Below, piece after piece: positions 17,401 to 20,000 of a DNA stretch of 20,000 bases. The notes under the pieces are model-generated. The model was given only the letters and a program-made list of their open reading frames with translations. It ran no database searches and had not been told where the DNA came from. The stretch comes from an uncultured virus (IMG/VR IMGVR_UViG_3300031851_003023) (taxonomy: Duplodnaviria > Heunggongvirae > Uroviricota > Caudoviricetes), in IMG/VR virus record IMGVR_UViG_3300031851_003023; one strand, 5' to 3'. Each line of letters opens with the position of its first letter. The first letter of the stretch is position 1. Both the position numbers and the translations under genes were made by a program.

Positions 17401-20000
17401 CAAGTATTGCATTGTCAGATGTAGATGGTATTGGATTTAAACGTGGTGTTGTTGTAACAGAATTTAGTACAGACAGTGCAATGAGTGACAATGCTAATGA
17501 CACAGTTCCAGTTGAAAGTGCTATACGTGGTTATGTAAACAGACGTTTAGGTTACGATCAACAAGGTAATGCTGTAACTAATCCATTAGGACCAAGTGTA
17601 CTACAGCAAAACGGTAGTGTTCCACTAACAGGTGATCTACAAGCAAACGGTAACACAGTAGTTGGTATTGCACCAGTTGACTTGCTATTAACAGCAGGCA
17701 CAACGGCTGTAAACAAAGACTATGTAGACAGTAGATCAGAAGGTGTTAAGAAAGCAAAAACACTAAGAGATGTTGAAATTAGTACAGGCGATGCTAATCA
17801 AGTATTAGGTTTAACAGGTACATACTCTATGTACTTAGATGCTAATGCTGGTAACGCAGGATTATTTGTACCAGGATTAATACTTACTAATAGTGCAGCA
17901 ACATTTGACTTTGGTACTATAACGGGTGCATATGATTTTTATGACAACGGTCTTGGTGATGTAACAGTAATTTACTTTACTAAAGGCCCAGACATTGCTA
18001 CTCTTGCAGAATATAATTTAGGCACTGGCGGCACAGTAACAGCACTTAAAGCTGCGGCACCAGACATATACGTTAAAGCAAGTGGTGCAGGAGCAACATC
18101 AGGACAATCAAAATATATTAATGGTCCATTCCAAGAGATTATTAATATTGCTGAAGAACCATTTAACACAGGTACACCTGTAAGTGATATTGGCTTTACA
18201 ACAAGACGTTTAGTTAATGTTGATAACGATGGTGACCCAGCAACTACAGATAGACCAACAGCATACTTTGATATGCAGATTAACGATGAAGTTATTATTA
18301 ACCAAGATGTTAACCCAACAGCAGCTATTGTACAAAGCAAATTGAACATGAAAGAAGCAGATACTTTTGTAACTGTTGCAGATGATCAAATTGTAATTTC
18401 AGCACAAGAAGTTGTACAAGGGTTTACATATGAAATTGTTTTACAAGGTACAACAGATTTTATGGCGGCATTTGATGCAAGTGCTAATACAGCAGGCACA
18501 GTGTTTACAGCAAACGCAAGTGATCCAAGCGTTGGCGGTGGCGGTACTGTTAAAAGAATACAAAGCAACATTGTTGTTAAAGATCTAGCAGACGATAACA
18601 GTTATACAACTAACCAAGCAAAACTAGGTTTGTCAGCATTTGATGGTGCTAACTTTAAAGTTACTAGAGGACACGTTGGACTCAAAGACAACGGTATACC
18701 TAAATCAAAACTAGAGCAAATTGCATCAGACACTGTACTAGGTAACTCAACTGCTGCAGAAGCAAACGTTGCAGAAGTTACATTTGAAGACGTAGTTAAT
18801 CAAGGTGGCGGTATACTACACAGTGACTTTGCAGTAACACAACTAACAGGCGTAATGACTAGAACAGGCTCTGAAGCATATATAGTAGTTAACGACACAA
18901 CAACTGGTGAAGTAGATAGTTTTGTAAAAACAAATGCTTCAGGTATTATTGATGCACAGGGATATGCACTTAACAACAATACTGTACTAACACAAATTGG
19001 CACAGGTGCAGCTGGAATATTTACATTAAAGTCGATACAAGGCGGTAAAGGACTTCAACTAGCAGGCGGACTAACAGATATTAGTACACCTGCAAATGAT
19101 AGACCGGCATACACAACTGTATTTGGTAACCTAAATGTAGGAAACTTAACAGATCCAGACGGTGCGGATGCAGGCACTGATCCAGATCAGTTTGATAGAA
19201 GTACATTACATGCAGCTGCTGACACAGCATTCGATACAGCAAATAGTGTTACAGGCACTGAATCAAAATTTGTAGCATCACAATGGACATACTCAAACTT
19301 TATTGAGGCCCAAAACGAAAAAGGTGATACGTCAGCAGGTATTTCACTAGGTGCATACAGTGGTAAAACAACAGCAGGTCAAGTAGGTATTATTGTTAGC
19401 GATGGAACTATACAAAAGACTATAACTTTTGGTATGCGGGATACAACCGGTGACGGTAATGCTGATACACTTGCAATTGCACCAGAAGACGACAATACAA
19501 CTAATTTAGGTGATGCAAACTTAAGATACAAAACTGGTTTCTTTAAGGGCGTTAGCGTTGATGGAAGTTTAACTGTAGATACTATTTCAAGTTTTACTAC
19601 TGATACTGATCTAACACTAAGTGCAAACGGAACAGGTAAAGTTTATGTAGAAGATACGTTTGAATGGGATGGAACAGCAACAGGTAGTATTGACGGCAAT
19701 GCTGGAACAGTTACTAATGGAGTTTACACAACAGGCAATCAAAGTATTGCTGGATTAAAAACATTTACTGGTGGCGTAACTATAGAAGCTACTGATACAC
19801 TTACAGTAAGAACTATATCAACAGGAGCTGCGGCAACAACAGGTACTATTACAGGTGACTGGAGTTTGTCAGCTGGTTCTAAACTACAATCAACCTACGC
19901 TGACTTGGCTGAGATGTATTCAGCAGACACAGAGTATGAAGTTGGTACTGTATTAGTATTTGGTGGCGACAGTGAAGTTACTACAACAAACACAAAAGGC
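11418..20000 (+). CDS. giant virion structural protein (baseplate wedge / tail fibre-like), >2860 aa, truncated at the window end
   Basis: ATG at 11418 with SD GGAG; N-terminus MARQQVDIGIEGNDGTGDSIRESFRKVNENFQEIY matches the T4 gp9/gp10-type motif. Frame is open at every spot checked and the ORF track lists no terminated plus-strand ORF here. Beta-helix-like segment (ETGQYFEDYPIKVPANVSLVGDEFRRVIIRP); in-frame TYADLAEMYSADTEYEVGTVLVFGG near the end. Confidence 0.88.
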   Translation, partial: MARQQVDIGIEGNDGTGDSIRESFRKVNENFQEIYAVVGKGGQITFTLLADTPDSLTPFKGDGVDAYLPIVKQDGTGIEIRKLGSDSDENPANIDTVSISVSETGKIILKLNAISVQSDPAPVLGGPLNAAGIGIANVGTTNTDITNFNNVHGTSLTTDDLVIDKKFADRNYILRQDPGETINVPSEPVDAISYTKIIDAVQDIVGAQGVILVPAHGLTRGSDGAGFIFNTSGTGLNWSKKDPATGNTISSVDVDDNNLPIYSPIENGDTVYIGVLDSNNLGLFASKEDAQLEDTTARNDVRYNLTTTDSAALSLTDAGYDIDLEGFFLSHQVVPRDAVTRRQGDTMEGPLTLHDHPGDLAGAGTPQGLTDLQAVTKLYVDSQSTESSANIFVSVVGNDDQSVAPPGKEGSSLAYSYRTIGAAARKAEQIQVASPFEPGPYMQDIFTSRQVTEGDPAVVELSQVTQTGFATGSGLDSRGNSKSTVEANINYIVAEVQAWKDAQITAKATTTVGTTNVNWTNRVINDRALELDLRKGITAALLDHVAGTQAQNLSVRTGVEFYNDEYGRSQNGLLKDVYAHLLERARTVTASVVINAPFSSLQTIYTQEIITYGSNQPDSDDAGSITSNMAVQRDIVTNGVFTAPTEQTGNRYELFFSNSVNGQTQGKVDQGDPANRDLRVGKVIQGKTSGAIGKIIRYFPGDDNVNNPGSTDDLAELQLLSPQEFTVGEQLEMGNIVNNRQITIKIETGQYFEDYPIKVPANVSLVGDEFRRVIIRPKAEVSQSPWATTYFYRDKQFDGLTGGNDSITGIGDPNLPTAGEAYVNPLSGETDGYFGRHYLYNPALPKNVDDGSNLAITNPGQYLDAAVLVEKNKRFIVEEVIAYLTFAEDANATGVAGYDGYAALTWDNSAKDRYRRTIGSLVDALANDLRDGKAINTLHTQGSIFFDGLNFPTEDTPRYQSIVVAGDVIQNVIINNVYNNSLYAAFKGADHPDQYINANLTGGTDVAGNGNLVYDIFELLKWGNDIIPNAGWNPAKRSNQLDAFLMNDATILRNMTVQGHGGFMCVLDPEGQILTKSPYIQTGSSFSQSLNRQAFRGGMLVDAFTANTPVKVTSVEGNGYELLITADAGSGLSIRKPQTPCPFYINGIRYQVNDVTDYNDGGALLDPTARLILDSTSGPVSDVDPSVNIGWDTVELPIPAGGFAITLQTAGNRSQLGNDFTQVNDLGYGLVTINGGLSEMVSMFTYYCHTAYYAGNGGQIRSLNGSNANGVYGLVAEGSDPNEVPDDVVLKDDMTQSAKTFSAVTVLDVDQNVTLAAGDTIANSTGGSGDSVFASIGKKIYLEGTSGSFTNGAFTINGGAQSAVITNVDTTGYTNLIEQLSLHVYDLEHIPSNKGELDYYHDDGSTPSNRIARYELANIQKMDGIVVDGYTIDNTEFTFTPVTRLTDVDSIIGNDESEPVSETTEAKLVVSKANKDGGIYEVDIFKTDRGDHYKIGDTFSISGTQLGGASPANDATVTVTEINRSTLNVDLGIQTGSIRRMSITGSINSIAGFTPQRDGQVYKINFSTSSDSFDNDGLLAPIPINKPVDIRNNATHLFRDIESVGSLTIRPSTAVNFDDDPLDTYRSISFGVNDSAGDLLLDDESLTGFDSGYDFVGLLVEDAYVSTAGSTLSVASTSTTLGNTQGDTTIAINLLTEIKDIFKINNNFDTDAQYQTIPADDTGRDYTITYELPKVISWRGKKHIIYNYREVKVESGVHNVQSVFSDSHTYAVVDIKEVSEVGLTLNEKGSWLRQNFFNLAERQVVVRQIGNTTANGFVKVAQINEQILDLYDWSGVAFNTTGALEISIDGGNSYTPMTDLATGLVALVPTEVKVKETNTTAVATGLSQPVTQGFGAGIILRAGLQDGAPAKITIQISTCRATGHDFLDIGTGSFNQTNYPNVILGFPAREASQTDEVNERNKGRVFWVSTDQDGFFRVGKFFTVDQGTGTVTFAASIALSDVDGIGFKRGVVVTEFSTDSAMSDNANDTVPVESAIRGYVNRRLGYDQQGNAVTNPLGPSVLQQNGSVPLTGDLQANGNTVVGIAPVDLLLTAGTTAVNKDYVDSRSEGVKKAKTLRDVEISTGDANQVLGLTGTYSMYLDANAGNAGLFVPGLILTNSAATFDFGTITGAYDFYDNGLGDVTVIYFTKGPDIATLAEYNLGTGGTVTALKAAAPDIYVKASGAGATSGQSKYINGPFQEIINIAEEPFNTGTPVSDIGFTTRRLVNVDNDGDPATTDRPTAYFDMQINDEVIINQDVNPTAAIVQSKLNMKEADTFVTVADDQIVISAQEVVQGFTYEIVLQGTTDFMAAFDASANTAGTVFTANASDPSVGGGGTVKRIQSNIVVKDLADDNSYTTNQAKLGLSAFDGANFKVTRGHVGLKDNGIPKSKLEQIASDTVLGNSTAAEANVAEVTFEDVVNQGGGILHSDFAVTQLTGVMTRTGSEAYIVVNDTTTGEVDSFVKTNASGIIDAQGYALNNNTVLTQIGTGAAGIFTLKSIQGGKGLQLAGGLTDISTPANDRPAYTTVFGNLNVGNLTDPDGADAGTDPDQFDRSTLHAAADTAFDTANSVTGTESKFVASQWTYSNFIEAQNEKGDTSAGISLGAYSGKTTAGQVGIIVSDGTIQKTITFGMRDTTGDGNADTLAIAPEDDNTTNLGDANLRYKTGFFKGVSVDGSLTVDTISSFTTDTDLTLSANGTGKVYVEDTFEWDGTATGSIDGNAGTVTNGVYTTGNQSIAGLKTFTGGVTIEATDTLTVRTISTGAAATTGTITGDWSLSAGSKLQSTYADLAEMYSADTEYEVGTVLVFGGDSEVTTTNTKG

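Noticed and set aside
11510..19003. Numerous minus-strand ORFs of 60-144 aa in the ORF track
   Set aside because: All are antisense shadows of the giant plus-strand gene, with no protein motifs recognised.
1..20000. tRNA, rRNA, CRISPR array, intron/intein, transposase, stop-codon reassignment
   Set aside because: None recognised by eye; intergenic gaps are short, ligase and UvdE appear uninterrupted, and TAA, TAG and TGA all terminate genes.

Overview
AT-rich, gene-dense segment of a large T4-like (Caudoviricetes, myovirus-type) bacteriophage genome. An aquatic origin is plausible given the UV-repair gene, but the host cannot be determined from this window. The left 11.4 kb holds a SWIM zinc-finger protein, an ATP-dependent DNA ligase, several small membrane proteins, a conserved hypothetical protein and a fibre-like virion protein. 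It also holds a putative modification cluster (Maf/DUF115-like transferase, QueD-like enzyme, GT-A glycosyltransferase, HAD phosphomannomutase), a UvdE UV-damage endonuclease, small ORFs on both strands and an IscA/HesB protein. The right 8.6 kb is one giant open frame (11418 to beyond 20000, >2860 aa) absent from the supplied ORF track because it has no stop in the window; it begins with a T4 gp9/gp10-type baseplate N-terminal motif. Two promoter classes are visible: consensus sigma70 promoters embedded at the ends of upstream genes, and a T4-late-like ATAAATA box, three copies of which sit exactly 5 nt before an SD-less ATG. The most notable element is a ~65-nt leader between a perfect sigma70 promoter and queD that resembles a variant preQ1 class I riboswitch, i.e. 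a candidate phage-encoded 7-deazaguanine-sensing RNA.
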